In this document: one piece after another, positions 36,031 through 44,919 of the stretch
Layout of the letters: every line of letters starts with the position of its first letter
Numbering within the stretch: the first letter of the stretch is position 1
Source of the DNA: Bacteroidia bacterium
GTDB lineage: Bacteria; Bacteroidota; Bacteroidia; Flavobacteriales_D; Parvicellaceae
Length of the DNA stretch: 64,000 nucleotides
Direction of reading: 5' to 3'
NCBI GenBank assembly: GCA_030426105.1
Contig: JAUHZI010000002.1
Coordinates: forward strand, 67,651-131,650
Translations under genes and position numbers: made by a program
The notes under the pieces: generated by a model
Seen by the model: only the letters and a program-made list of their open reading frames with translations
Told to the model about the DNA's origin: nothing
The model's database searches: none

Positions 36031-36786
36031 ATGAAGAATATAGAAGTCATAACAGCTCATAATGTTGTAATTCAATATGAAATTGCACCTGTTTTTTATC
36101 GAATTTTATCATTTCTATTAGATGCTATAATTTTGTTTTTCTATTGGTTGTTTGTGTTGCTTTTAATGTCTGCTCTTTCTATTGGTAGTCTCAATTTTTT
36201 AGATGGAGCTGATAGTATTGCAGTACTATTTTTTGTATTGTTGTTATTACCAATGTTCTTTTATTCCTTTTTTATGGAAACTTTTTTTGCTGGTCAGACA
36301 GTGGGCAAAATGATATTGGGTTTAAGAGTGATTAATGTTAATGGTGCAACTCCTTCAATAGGAGACTTTTTTTTAAGATGGAGTTTTCGTTTGCTAGAAG
36401 TTGTTATTTCTGCAGGAAGTATTGCAATATTATCTATGTTGGTGAATGAGAAAAAGCAACGTTTAGGGGGGATTGTTTCTAATACATTGGTTATTCAATT
36501 AAAGTCATCTCAATCTTATTCAATTCATAATATTTTGTCATTAAAAAATGTAGATAATCACGAAATAACATATCCTAATGTTATTCAATTTACAGATGAA
36601 GATGTCTTGTTAATTAAAAATGCATTAGAGCGCCAAAATAAGTTCAAAAACAAGGCGCACAATCAAATTTTATTAGATTTGAGTAAGAGGTCTTCTGAAA
36701 GGTTAAACCTTGAACAAGAGCCTAAAAACAAGATAAAGTTCTTGAAGACTATTGTCCAAGATTATGTAGTATTGACAAGATCTTAG
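36031..36786 (+). CDS. RDD-family membrane protein
   Basis: 251 aa. The N-terminal region has 3 hydrophobic segments and an RDD-like pattern (RILSFLLDAIILFF...GQTVGKMILGLRV). It starts 3 nt after the phosphatase stop. Confidence 0.65.
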   Translation: MKNIEVITAHNVVIQYEIAPVFYRILSFLLDAIILFFYWLFVLLLMSALSIGSLNFLDGADSIAVLFFVLLLLPMFFYSFFMETFFAGQTVGKMILGLRVINVNGATPSIGDFFLRWSFRLLEVVISAGSIAILSMLVNEKKQRLGGIVSNTLVIQLKSSQSYSIHNILSLKNVDNHEITYPNVIQFTDEDVLLIKNALERQNKFKNKAHNQILLDLSKRSSERLNLEQEPKNKIKFLKTIVQDYVVLTRS

Positions 36787-36877
36787 AGGTTATACCGCTT
36801 CAAAAGCTATTTCCAATATCAATCAAAAGTTTATTAGCTCATTTGTTGAATAATGAGGTGTATCGTCTTAAAAATAA

Positions 36878-36911
36878 AAAGCCAATTTTAAAACAATTTA
36901 AAACTGGCTTT
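36878..36911. terminator. bidirectional terminator hairpin
   Basis: 15-bp stem AAAGCCAATTTTAAA / TTTAAAACTGGCTTT with one mismatch and a 4-nt loop, between convergent genes. Confidence 0.6.
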
Positions 36912-36933
36912 CAATGTTATTTAGAAACTATAC

Positions 36934-38328
36934 TTATAAGGATCCAATCATATTTTTAGGGTTTACCCATTCGTCATATTTTTCTTCTGGAACATAACCT
37001 AAACGAATAGCTTCCTCTCTAAGAGTTGTACCATTTTGATGAGCAGTGTTTGCAATCTCGGCAGCTTTATAATAACCTATCTTAGTATTTAGAGCCGTAA
37101 CAAGCATTAAGGAGTTGTTTAAAAGCTCATCAATTCTTTTTTGATTTGGTTCAATGCCTTGAGCACAATTTACATCAAAACTAACACAAGCATCTCCTAT
37201 TAATTCGGCACTTTGTAACAGGTTTGCAGCCATCATAGGTTTAAATACGTTTAATTCGTAGTGCCCTTGAGTTCCTCCAACAGAAACAGCAACATCGTTA
37301 CCCATTACTTGGGCACATACCATAGTTAAAGCTTCAGCTTGAGTAGGATTTACTTTCCCAGGCATAATAGAAGAACCTGGCTCATTGGCAGGGATGATGA
37401 TTTCTCCAATTCCAGAACGGGGACCAGAAGCCATTAAACGAATGTCGTTTCCTATTTTGTTAAGAGAAATAGCGATTTGTTTTAATGCTCCATGTGTTTC
37501 AACAATAGCATCGTGTGCTGCTAAAGCCTCAAATTTGTTTTCAGCTGTAACAAAAGGAAGACCAGTAAATTCAGCTATTTTTTTAGCAACTAATACATCA
37601 TATCCTTTAGGTGTGTTTAGTCCAGTACCAACAGCAGTACCTCCTAGTGCTAGTTCAGACAAGTGAGCTAAAGTGTTCTCTAAAGCTTTTAAACCATGAT
37701 TCAATTGTGAAACATAACCAGAAAACTCTTGACCTAAAGTCAATGGAGTGGCATCCATTAAATGAGTACGTCCAATTTTAACAACATCAGCAAAATCTTT
37801 AGACTTTTGAAGTAAGGTGTCTCTTAATTGTTTTATCCCTGGAATTGTTTTTTCTACAATCATTTTATAGCCTGCAATGTGCATTCCAGTTGGAAAAGTA
37901 TCGTTACTCGATTGAGATTTGTTAACATCGTCGTTAGGAGCTAAGACTTTTTCTCCTTCTCCCATTTTTCCGCCTGAAAGAACTTGAGCTCTATTGGCAA
38001 CGACTTCATTGACATTCATGTTGCTTTGTGTTCCTGATCCAGTTTGCCAAATAACTAATGGGAATTGATCATCTAATTTTCCAGCAATGATTTCATCACA
38101 TACAGTAGAAATCAAATCTCTTTTTTCTTCTGGTAATACTCCTAATTCACAATTGGCATGCGCTGCAGCTTTTTTTAGATAAGCAAAAGCGTGTACAATT
38201 TCAATAGGCATAGAAGCAGAAGGTCCAATTTTAAAATTATTCCTAGAGCGCTCAGTTTGAGCTCCCCAGTACTTATCCGCTGGTACTTTTACTTCTCCAA
38301 TCGTGTCTTTTTCGATTCTATATTCCAT
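36934..38328 (-). CDS. fumC: class II fumarate hydratase
   Basis: [13 protein letters not shown] signature. 464 aa with a typical N-terminus [25 protein letters not shown]. Confidence 0.95.
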   Translation of the reverse strand: MEYRIEKDTIGEVKVPADKYWGAQTERSRNNFKIGPSASMPIEIVHAFAYLKKAAAHANCELGVLPEEKRDLISTVCDEIIAGKLDDQFPLVIWQTGSGTQSNMNVNEVVANRAQVLSGGKMGEGEKVLAPNDDVNKSQSSNDTFPTGMHIAGYKMIVEKTIPGIKQLRDTLLQKSKDFADVVKIGRTHLMDATPLTLGQEFSGYVSQLNHGLKALENTLAHLSELALGGTAVGTGLNTPKGYDVLVAKKIAEFTGLPFVTAENKFEALAAHDAIVETHGALKQIAISLNKIGNDIRLMASGPRSGIGEIIIPANEPGSSIMPGKVNPTQAEALTMVCAQVMGNDVAVSVGGTQGHYELNVFKPMMAANLLQSAELIGDACVSFDVNCAQGIEPNQKRIDELLNNSLMLVTALNTKIGYYKAAEIANTAHQNGTTLREEAIRLGYVPEEKYDEWVNPKNMIGSL

Positions 38329-38369
38329 AATATTGATAATTTATTTTAACTTCGCATTAATTAATCATT

Positions 38370-38377
38370 CAAATTTA
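38370..38377 (-). promoter_or_regulatory. candidate -7 box (TAAATTTG on the minus strand)
   Basis: The plus-strand CAAATTTA lies 42 nt upstream of the fumC ATG (38328). Confidence 0.4.
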
Positions 38378-38383
38378 CAAGTT

Positions 38384-38548
38384 ATGTTAATAGGAACGGC
38401 TATATTTTTAATCTTTTTTGGATTAGCATTTTGGGTATTAATCTTTGTAATGTCTTTCGTTGGTGTTTGGGCTAGCTGGGGTGGAATTGCCATGGCAAAA
38501 GCAAAATTTGCTAAGAAAGGATTAGATAACGAGGAGCAATATCAATAA
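38384..38548 (+). CDS. small (54-aa) two-helix membrane protein
   Basis: MLIGTAIFLIFFGLAFWVLIFVMSFVGVWASWGG... The ORF-track start at 38303 would overlap the fumC start, so the internal ATG is preferred. Confidence 0.45.
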   Translation: MLIGTAIFLIFFGLAFWVLIFVMSFVGVWASWGGIAMAKAKFAKKGLDNEEQYQ

Positions 38549-38630
38549 TTTGCTTTCCTATTAATTAGGAATATAAAATGAATTTTTCTACTGTTGATGA
38601 CTATTAACAATAGAAATAGAACGAGAAACA

Positions 38631-38666
38631 AAAACGCCCAATAAACATATGTTTATTGGGCGTTTT
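38631..38666. terminator. bidirectional rho-independent terminator
   Basis: Perfect 16-bp stem AAAACGCCCAATAAAC / GTTTATTGGGCGTTTT with a 4-nt loop ATAT. Confidence 0.85.
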
Positions 38667-38696
38667 GCCTAAAACTACTACACACACTACGTTGCC

Positions 38697-39119
38697 TTAT
38701 TCGGCAGCGTTAGCTTCTTTATTACTTGTAAGGTTATCCACCTTTTTTGTAAAGTCTTCTTTTGCTTCTTTCACTTTATTTGTGAAGTCTTCTTTAGCAG
38801 ATTTTGCTTTTTCAGTTACCTCTGCTTTAGTTTCATTAAATTTAGAAGTTACGTCTTCTTTTGTTTTGTTGAATTTCTCTTCCAACTCTTTAATAATAGG
38901 GAATTTTTCTTCTAGTTTTTCTTTGTTTTTATTAAACTCTGCTTCAAAATCCTCTTTTGTTGAATCAACTGTTTTAAAAAAGTCTCCAACAATATTCTTA
39001 CCTTCAGAATCAGCTTTCTTCCCTGATTCAACCAAAGCTTCAAATTTTTCTTTTAACTTTTCGTTTGTTTCTGACGCTAATCCTAATCCTGCGTAAGCTA
39101 ATGTTTTAATTAAGTCCAT
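38697..39119 (-). CDS. phasin-like (COG3937-type) coiled-coil protein, paralog 1
   Basis: The N-terminus MDLIKTLAYAGLGLASETNEKLKEKFEALVESGKK matches the phasin-like pattern. The rest is Lys/Glu-rich and helical. Confidence 0.65.
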   Translation of the reverse strand: MDLIKTLAYAGLGLASETNEKLKEKFEALVESGKKADSEGKNIVGDFFKTVDSTKEDFEAEFNKNKEKLEEKFPIIKELEEKFNKTKEDVTSKFNETKAEVTEKAKSAKEDFTNKVKEAKEDFTKKVDNLTSNKEANAAE

Positions 39120-39148
39120 TTTATTTGTTTTTTACAGTGATACTTCAA

Positions 39149-39568
39149 TTATTTTGTTGCTGTTTTCTTTGTAGCAACTTTTTTAGTTGTTGTTTTTCTC
39201 GTGGTAGTTTTTTTAGCAGCTGGCTTTTTAGTTGTTGTTTTGCTGTTGGTATTTATTTTTTTTGTTGCTTCTGCTAATTTTGCTTCAAGATCTTCTATTC
39301 TGCTTTTTAAAACTTTAACTTCTTCAGATTCTTTGTTGCTAATAAAGTCAAATTTTGAAGATAGTGAGTCATTTAATTTCTTCCACTTAGCTTCAAACTC
39401 GTCTTTTGTATTTTCAGTTGACTTAAAGAAGTCATCCATAATTCTTTTTCCTTCAGTATCAGAAATTTTACCCTTCTCAACTAAATCGTTAATAGTTTCT
39501 TTAGCTTTTTCTGTTGTAGTTGTAGCTAAACCTACACCTGCATATATAAAGTTTTTAATCATGTCCAT
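39149..39568 (-). CDS. phasin-like coiled-coil protein, paralog 2, with a Lys/Thr-rich basic tail
   Basis: The N-terminus MDMIKNFIYAGVGLATTTTEKAKETINDLVEKGKISDTEGK is present. The C-terminal tail is TTKKPAAKKTTTRKTTTKKVATKKTATK. Confidence 0.65.
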   Translation of the reverse strand: MDMIKNFIYAGVGLATTTTEKAKETINDLVEKGKISDTEGKRIMDDFFKSTENTKDEFEAKWKKLNDSLSSKFDFISNKESEEVKVLKSRIEDLEAKLAEATKKINTNSKTTTKKPAAKKTTTRKTTTKKVATKKTATK

Positions 39569-39705
39569 AATACAAAGTTTTAAATAATTGTTTTGTAATG
39601 TTTGATTACCCTATTGTCAAATAGTGAGCCAAAGTTGACTATTTTTTATTTTTTTAATCGATTATTGTGTAAGCCTTTGTTTTTCAGTTGTTTGTGTTTT
39701 TTGTT

Positions 39706-39848
39706 TGGGTGAACTATGTTTTTATGTTTAGTTTTTTGTGAAAATATGGGTGAACTTGAATTGAGTTTAAAGTTCAGAACATGACAAAAATTGTCAGTGT
39801 TCTCATTTTTATTTTCCAAAGTTTGGGTGACGATTCATTTTCCAAAGT
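39706..39848. repeat. cluster of short direct repeats in a 372-bp intergenic region
   Basis: TGGGTGAAC occurs at 39706-39714 and 39747-39755, and TGGGTGAC at 39824-39831. ATTTTCCAAAGT occurs at 39811-39822 and 39837-39848. An imperfect inverted repeat AGAACATGACA/TGTCAGTGTTCT lies at 39776-39803. Confidence 0.6.
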
Positions 39849-39959
39849 GAAATTTGATTATTTTTGAGGGGATTATTCGATTTTAGCTAGACTCAAATAA
39901 ATGAAAAAGTGGTACACTGCGTAAAATATAAGTCAATGCTAACTTAAAATAAGTACATT

Positions 39960-40589
39960 ATGATAAAAACAATCAATATTATCTCATTCCTTTTGTTGCT
40001 GGCAATATGTGTTTTAGGTTTGTTTACTTATCATGAGGATATGGATGTTAAGATACCATATATTGATATGGTATTTCTTATTTTGGGCATAGTAGCTGGA
40101 TTACTTTTGTTTTTTAAAATTAACCTGAGATGGCAAGCAATCTTCATAGGGATGAAACAAGAGGGCTACCCAATTAGTAAAAAAGGGTTTACCAATACTA
40201 TTGTTTATGAAGGTATAAACATCGTGTTTTATTTTTTGGCAGGAGCAGCTTTTTTACTTTATGTAAATGCAATTTGGTTTATAGGTTTAATAATTTTTTT
40301 GCACTTTGTTGAAGGTGCAGTTCATTTAGTAATCAACGGGATATACAAACCTTATAAGATTATTGTTAATGAGAATACTATAATGATTATTGCACATTCA
40401 ATAAAAATTATCAAGTGGCATAAAATCAAAAAGATAGAGGGAAAACATAATGATATTCACTTGGTTGACGATAATAATCAAATACACCTTGTTGATTTAG
40501 ACTTGGTTTCAGAGTCTGATGCAAATGCAATAAAGAAGAGGGTAAAAGAAATAGCAGCAGATAGGAACTTGTATTGCGGGTTAAGTTGA
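39960..40589 (+). CDS. membrane protein (4 N-terminal hydrophobic segments plus a small C-terminal soluble domain), unknown function
   Basis: 209-aa ORF. I recognise no motif. Confidence 0.55.
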   Translation: MIKTINIISFLLLLAICVLGLFTYHEDMDVKIPYIDMVFLILGIVAGLLLFFKINLRWQAIFIGMKQEGYPISKKGFTNTIVYEGINIVFYFLAGAAFLLYVNAIWFIGLIIFLHFVEGAVHLVINGIYKPYKIIVNENTIMIIAHSIKIIKWHKIKKIEGKHNDIHLVDDNNQIHLVDLDLVSESDANAIKKRVKEIAADRNLYCGLS

Positions 40590-40727
40590 TGCTATAGATT
40601 TTTATTTTTTATGAAAAAAATACAGAAAAGCATAAAAAAATACCTTAGATAAATCTAAAGGGGGAAATTTAAGCAATCTCTTAACTAATTTTTAATTATT
40701 CCTTTTTTATCTGAGCAAATTAAATCT

Positions 40728-40735
40728 TACATTTG
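40728..40735 (+). promoter_or_regulatory. candidate -7 box (TACATTTG) for sucAB
   Basis: Exact TAnnTTTG match 39 nt upstream of the ATG at 40774. Confidence 0.45.
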
Positions 40736-40773
40736 TGAGAATTAAGTTGATTTGAATCATACAGCTATATATA

Positions 40774-43515
40774 ATGGACAAATATTCATACCTAAGTAAT
40801 GCGGAAGGTAGTGCAATCGAAGAATTGTATGCTCAGTATTCGAAAGACCCAAATTCAGTAGATAAGAGTTGGGCAACCTTTTTTGAAGGATTTAATTTTG
40901 CAAAAGCAAATTATGATGTAGAAGGGGAAATTCCAGAGAATGTTCAGAAAGAATTTAAGGTAATAGACTTAATTGCTGGATATAGAACTAGAGGGCATCT
41001 GTTTACAGATACTAACCCAGTAAGAGAAAGAAGAAAGTATCAGCCCACATTAGCAATTGAAAATTTTGGTTTAGAAGAATCAGATTTGAATACTGTTTTT
41101 CAAGCTGGTGAAGAAGTAGGGATTGGTCCTGCTACGCTAAAAGAAATCATTGATCATTTGGAAGAAACGTACTGTCGCTCTATAGGTATAGAGTATCAAT
41201 ATATAAGACATCCAAAGAGAGTAGATTGGATTAAGAATAAAATTGAGCTAAAAAATAGAATAAAGTTCAGTGTTGAAGATAAGAAACACATTTTACATAA
41301 ATTAAATCAGGCAAGTGTCTTTGAAGAGTTTTTACACAAGAAGTTTGTGGGGCAAAAACGATTTTCAATAGAAGGAGCAGAAGCATTGATTCCTGCATTA
41401 GACTTTTTAATTGAGAAGGGGTCTGTTTTAGGAGTAAAAGAGTTTGTGATGGGGATGGCACATAGAGGTCGTTTAAATGTATTAGCCAATATTTTTAATA
41501 AAACTTATGATGCAATCTTTAGTGAATTTGATGGGAAAGAGTATGAAGATGCTTTGTTTGATGGAGATGTAAAGTATCATTTAGGATATACTTGTAATGT
41601 TACTACAGATGCAGGTAAGGATATTAAAATGACTTTAGCTCCAAATCCTTCTCACTTAGAAGCTGTTAACCCTGTAGTAGAGGGGATAACAAGAGCTAAA
41701 ATTGATAATGATTTAGGGGGGGATGAATCTCAAATTGTACCAATTTTAATTCATGGAGATGCTGCTGTAGCTGGTCAAGGAATCGTATATGAAGTGATTC
41801 AAATGGCTCAATTAGACGGTTATAAAACTGGAGGAACAGTACATATTGTAATCAACAACCAAGTTGGATTTACTACAAATTATTTAGATGCACGTTCGAG
41901 TACATATTGTACAGATATTGCTAAAACAACATTGTGTCCTGTATTTCACGTTAACGGAGATGATGTAGAAGCTGTTGTATTAGCAATGGAAGTAGCATTA
42001 GAGTATCGTCAAACATTTAATAGAGATGTGTTTATCGATTTATTGTGTTATAGAAAGTATGGACACAATGAAGGTGATGAACCAAAATTTACACAGCCTA
42101 AGCTTTACAAAGCTATTTCTAAACACCCAAATCCAAGAGTAATTTACTTAGATAAATTAGTGAAAGAAGGTGTTGTTACAGCAGAAGAAGGGAATATTCT
42201 TAAAAAGAAATTTGATGATATGCTTCAAGAACGTTTAGATGAAGCTAAACAAATTGAAAAAGCTGTAATTACAGATTTCCTAGAGGAAGAGTGGAAAGGA
42301 TATAAACATGGGACAAAAGAAGATTTTCTAACTTCTCCAGAAACAGCCGTTTCTGAAGAAAGAATAAAAGAGTTAGGAATTAAGTTGGCCACATTACCTG
42401 AGGGTAAAAAGTATTTTAGAAAAATCATTAAGCTCTTGAAAGATAGGGTAAACATGATAGAAGAAGATCGTTTAGATTGGGGAATGGGAGAAATGCTTGC
42501 CTACGCAACATTACTTACTGAAGGTCACAATATTCGTTTATCAGGAGAAGATGTTGAACGTGGTACATTTTCACATAGACATGCAGTAGTAAAAACAGAA
42601 GATACTGAAGAAAAAGTTATCACATTAAATGGCTTAGAAGAAGGACAAGCTAAGTTTGATGTCTATAATTCTTTACTTTCAGAATATGGTGTCTTAGGTT
42701 TTGATTATGGGTATGCATTTACAACTCCAAATGATTTGACAATTTGGGAAGCTCAATTTGGAGACTTCTTTAATGGGGCACAGATTATGGTAGATCAGTA
42801 TATTAGTGCTGCTGAGGATAAATGGCATACACAAAATGGCTTAGTGATGTTATTACCACATGGTTATGAAGGAATGGGCTCTGAACACTCAAGTGGTAGA
42901 ATGGAGCGATTCTTAACGCAATGTGCTGACTTAAATATGCAAGTTGCTAACTGTACGACTCCAGCCAACTTCTTCCATTTGTTAAGAAGACAAATGAAAC
43001 GAAATTTTAGAAAACCATTAGTTGTATTTACTCCTAAGAAATTATTACGTTATCCTTCTGCTGTATCTAAAATTAGTGATTTTGCGAATGGAGGCTTCCA
43101 AGAGGTTATTGATGATGCAACTGTAACTCCTAATGAAGTGGATACTGTAGTTATGGTATCAGGGAAGTTCTACTATGATTTAGTAGAAGAGAAAGAAAAG
43201 TTAGAAGCAGGGGAAAATATTGCTGTAGTAAGAGTTGAGCAACTGTATCCACTACCTGCAAAACAAATAGAGGAAATTGTAGCTAAATATGGAGCCGATG
43301 CTAATTATATATGGGCACAAGAAGAACCTGAAAATATGGGAGCATGGAGATTTATCCAAAGTCGTCACCGTTTCTGGAAAAAATTAGGCATCCAATTGGA
43401 TGTTGCTTCAAGAAGACGTTCTGCAAGTCCAGCAAGTGGATCTTCAAAGGTGTCTGCAATTCGTCACCAAGCTATTTTAGATGAGGTTATGCAGTATGCA
43501 AAACAAAAAGTGTAA
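40774..43515 (+). CDS. sucA: 2-oxoglutarate dehydrogenase E1 component
   Basis: 913 aa. Typical N-terminus MDKYSYLSNAEGSAIEELY and motifs GMAHRGRLNVL, IHGDAAVAGQG and LLPHGYEGMGSEHSS. Confidence 0.95.
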   Translation: MDKYSYLSNAEGSAIEELYAQYSKDPNSVDKSWATFFEGFNFAKANYDVEGEIPENVQKEFKVIDLIAGYRTRGHLFTDTNPVRERRKYQPTLAIENFGLEESDLNTVFQAGEEVGIGPATLKEIIDHLEETYCRSIGIEYQYIRHPKRVDWIKNKIELKNRIKFSVEDKKHILHKLNQASVFEEFLHKKFVGQKRFSIEGAEALIPALDFLIEKGSVLGVKEFVMGMAHRGRLNVLANIFNKTYDAIFSEFDGKEYEDALFDGDVKYHLGYTCNVTTDAGKDIKMTLAPNPSHLEAVNPVVEGITRAKIDNDLGGDESQIVPILIHGDAAVAGQGIVYEVIQMAQLDGYKTGGTVHIVINNQVGFTTNYLDARSSTYCTDIAKTTLCPVFHVNGDDVEAVVLAMEVALEYRQTFNRDVFIDLLCYRKYGHNEGDEPKFTQPKLYKAISKHPNPRVIYLDKLVKEGVVTAEEGNILKKKFDDMLQERLDEAKQIEKAVITDFLEEEWKGYKHGTKEDFLTSPETAVSEERIKELGIKLATLPEGKKYFRKIIKLLKDRVNMIEEDRLDWGMGEMLAYATLLTEGHNIRLSGEDVERGTFSHRHAVVKTEDTEEKVITLNGLEEGQAKFDVYNSLLSEYGVLGFDYGYAFTTPNDLTIWEAQFGDFFNGAQIMVDQYISAAEDKWHTQNGLVMLLPHGYEGMGSEHSSGRMERFLTQCADLNMQVANCTTPANFFHLLRRQMKRNFRKPLVVFTPKKLLRYPSAVSKISDFANGGFQEVIDDATVTPNEVDTVVMVSGKFYYDLVEEKEKLEAGENIAVVRVEQLYPLPAKQIEEIVAKYGADANYIWAQEEPENMGAWRFIQSRHRFWKKLGIQLDVASRRRSASPASGSSKVSAIRHQAILDEVMQYAKQKV

Positions 43516-43605
43516 ATTAGAGTTAAGATATTAAGACTAGAAGAGTAAAGACTAACATTGTAAAATAAATTAAGATAAAAGAAGAAAAGAAATAAGAAAA
43601 CAAAG

Positions 43606-43635
43606 TCTTGAATCTTTAAATCTTGAATCTTTAAA
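43606..43635 (+). repeat. perfect 15-nt tandem duplication in the sucA-sucB spacer
   Basis: TCTTGAATCTTTAAA occurs twice, back to back, at 43606-43620 and 43621-43635. Confidence 0.9.
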
Positions 43636-43647
43636 TCAAAAGAAAAT

Positions 43648-44910
43648 ATGTCAGTATTAGAAATGAAAGTGCCAAGTCCAGGAGAGTCAATTTCAGAAGT
43701 TGAAATTGCAGAATGGTTGGTAGAAGACGGAGATTATGTAGAAAAAGACCAAGCGATTGCAGAAGTAGATTCTGATAAAGCGACTTTGGAGTTACCTGCA
43801 GAAGCTTCAGGAACAATTACTTTAAAAGCTGAGAATGGAGACACCGTTGCTGTTGGAGATGTTGTTTGTTTAATCGATACATCGGCAGAGAAACCAGCTG
43901 ACTTTGAGTCAAAAGAAACTGCAGAGGTTGCAGTTGAAACACCTAAAGCTGAGGCTCCTAACCCTAATCCTGTAGCTGAGAAAGCACCAGCGTCTCCAGC
44001 TAAGGAAACTTATGCAAAGGGAGTACCTTCTGTTGCTGCTAAGAAATTGGCTGACGAGAATAACGTACCATTGTCTAAGGTGCAAGGGACAGGTAAAGAT
44101 GGTCGTTTAACTAAACAAGATATTATCGCTGCAATGGCAGCAGGATTCCCAGCAGAAGCAACTCAAGGATGGGGAGGAACAAGAGAAACCTCTTCTGCCA
44201 AAATGAAAATGCTGAGACGTAAGATTGCTTCAAGATTGGTGGCTGTTAAAAATGAAACAGCAATGCTAACTACTTTTAATGAAGTAGATATGAAGCCAAT
44301 TATGGATATTAGAGCTAAGTATAAAGCTGTTTTTAAAGAAACACATGGAACAAGTTTAGGGTTTATGTCGTTTTTTACAAAAGCTGTTACCGAAGCATTA
44401 AACTTATATCCACAAGTAAATTCTATGATTGATGGAGATCATATGATTTCTCATAATTATGCAGATATAGGTATCGCTGTTAGTTCTCCAAAAGGATTAA
44501 TGGTTCCTGTGGTTCGTAATGCAGAGCAAATGTCATTACATGAAATAGAGAAGGAAATCAAGCGTTTAGCAATTAAAGCAAGAGATGGTAAAATTGCTAT
44601 TGAAGATATGGAAGGAGGAACGTTTACAATTACCAATGGTGGTGTATTTGGTTCTATGTTGAGTACACCAATTATTAACCCTCCACAATCTGCTATTTTG
44701 GGAATGCATAACATTGTAGAGAGACCAGTAGCAATAAATGGGAAAGTTGAAATCCGTCCAATTATGTATTTGGCTTTATCATATGATCATAGAATCATTG
44801 ATGGTAAGGAGTCGGTAGGTTTCTTAGTAAAAGTGAAAGAAATGCTTGAGAACCCAACAAAAATGATTTTTGGAGCAAAAGCACCAGAAGAAGTTTTGTT
44901 GAACTTATAA
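43648..44910 (+). CDS. sucB: dihydrolipoyllysine-residue succinyltransferase (E2 of 2-oxoglutarate dehydrogenase)
   Basis: Lipoyl domain ([13 protein letters not shown]), Ala/Pro linker, and catalytic domain with DHRIIDG. Confidence 0.95.
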   Translation: MSVLEMKVPSPGESISEVEIAEWLVEDGDYVEKDQAIAEVDSDKATLELPAEASGTITLKAENGDTVAVGDVVCLIDTSAEKPADFESKETAEVAVETPKAEAPNPNPVAEKAPASPAKETYAKGVPSVAAKKLADENNVPLSKVQGTGKDGRLTKQDIIAAMAAGFPAEATQGWGGTRETSSAKMKMLRRKIASRLVAVKNETAMLTTFNEVDMKPIMDIRAKYKAVFKETHGTSLGFMSFFTKAVTEALNLYPQVNSMIDGDHMISHNYADIGIAVSSPKGLMVPVVRNAEQMSLHEIEKEIKRLAIKARDGKIAIEDMEGGTFTITNGGVFGSMLSTPIINPPQSAILGMHNIVERPVAINGKVEIRPIMYLALSYDHRIIDGKESVGFLVKVKEMLENPTKMIFGAKAPEEVLLNL

Positions 44911-44919
44911 ATTAATATT

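Noticed and set aside
38656-39587. Two long plus-strand ORFs (146 and 128 aa) opposite the phasin-like genes
   Set aside because: They are Ser/Phe/Leu-rich mirror images of Lys/Glu-rich coiled-coil coding sequence. The minus-strand frames have recognisable N-terminal family motifs and proper terminators.
43606-43635. Tandem repeat as a possible CRISPR or minisatellite
   Set aside because: There are only two 15-nt units with no spacers and no cas genes. It is far too small for a CRISPR array.
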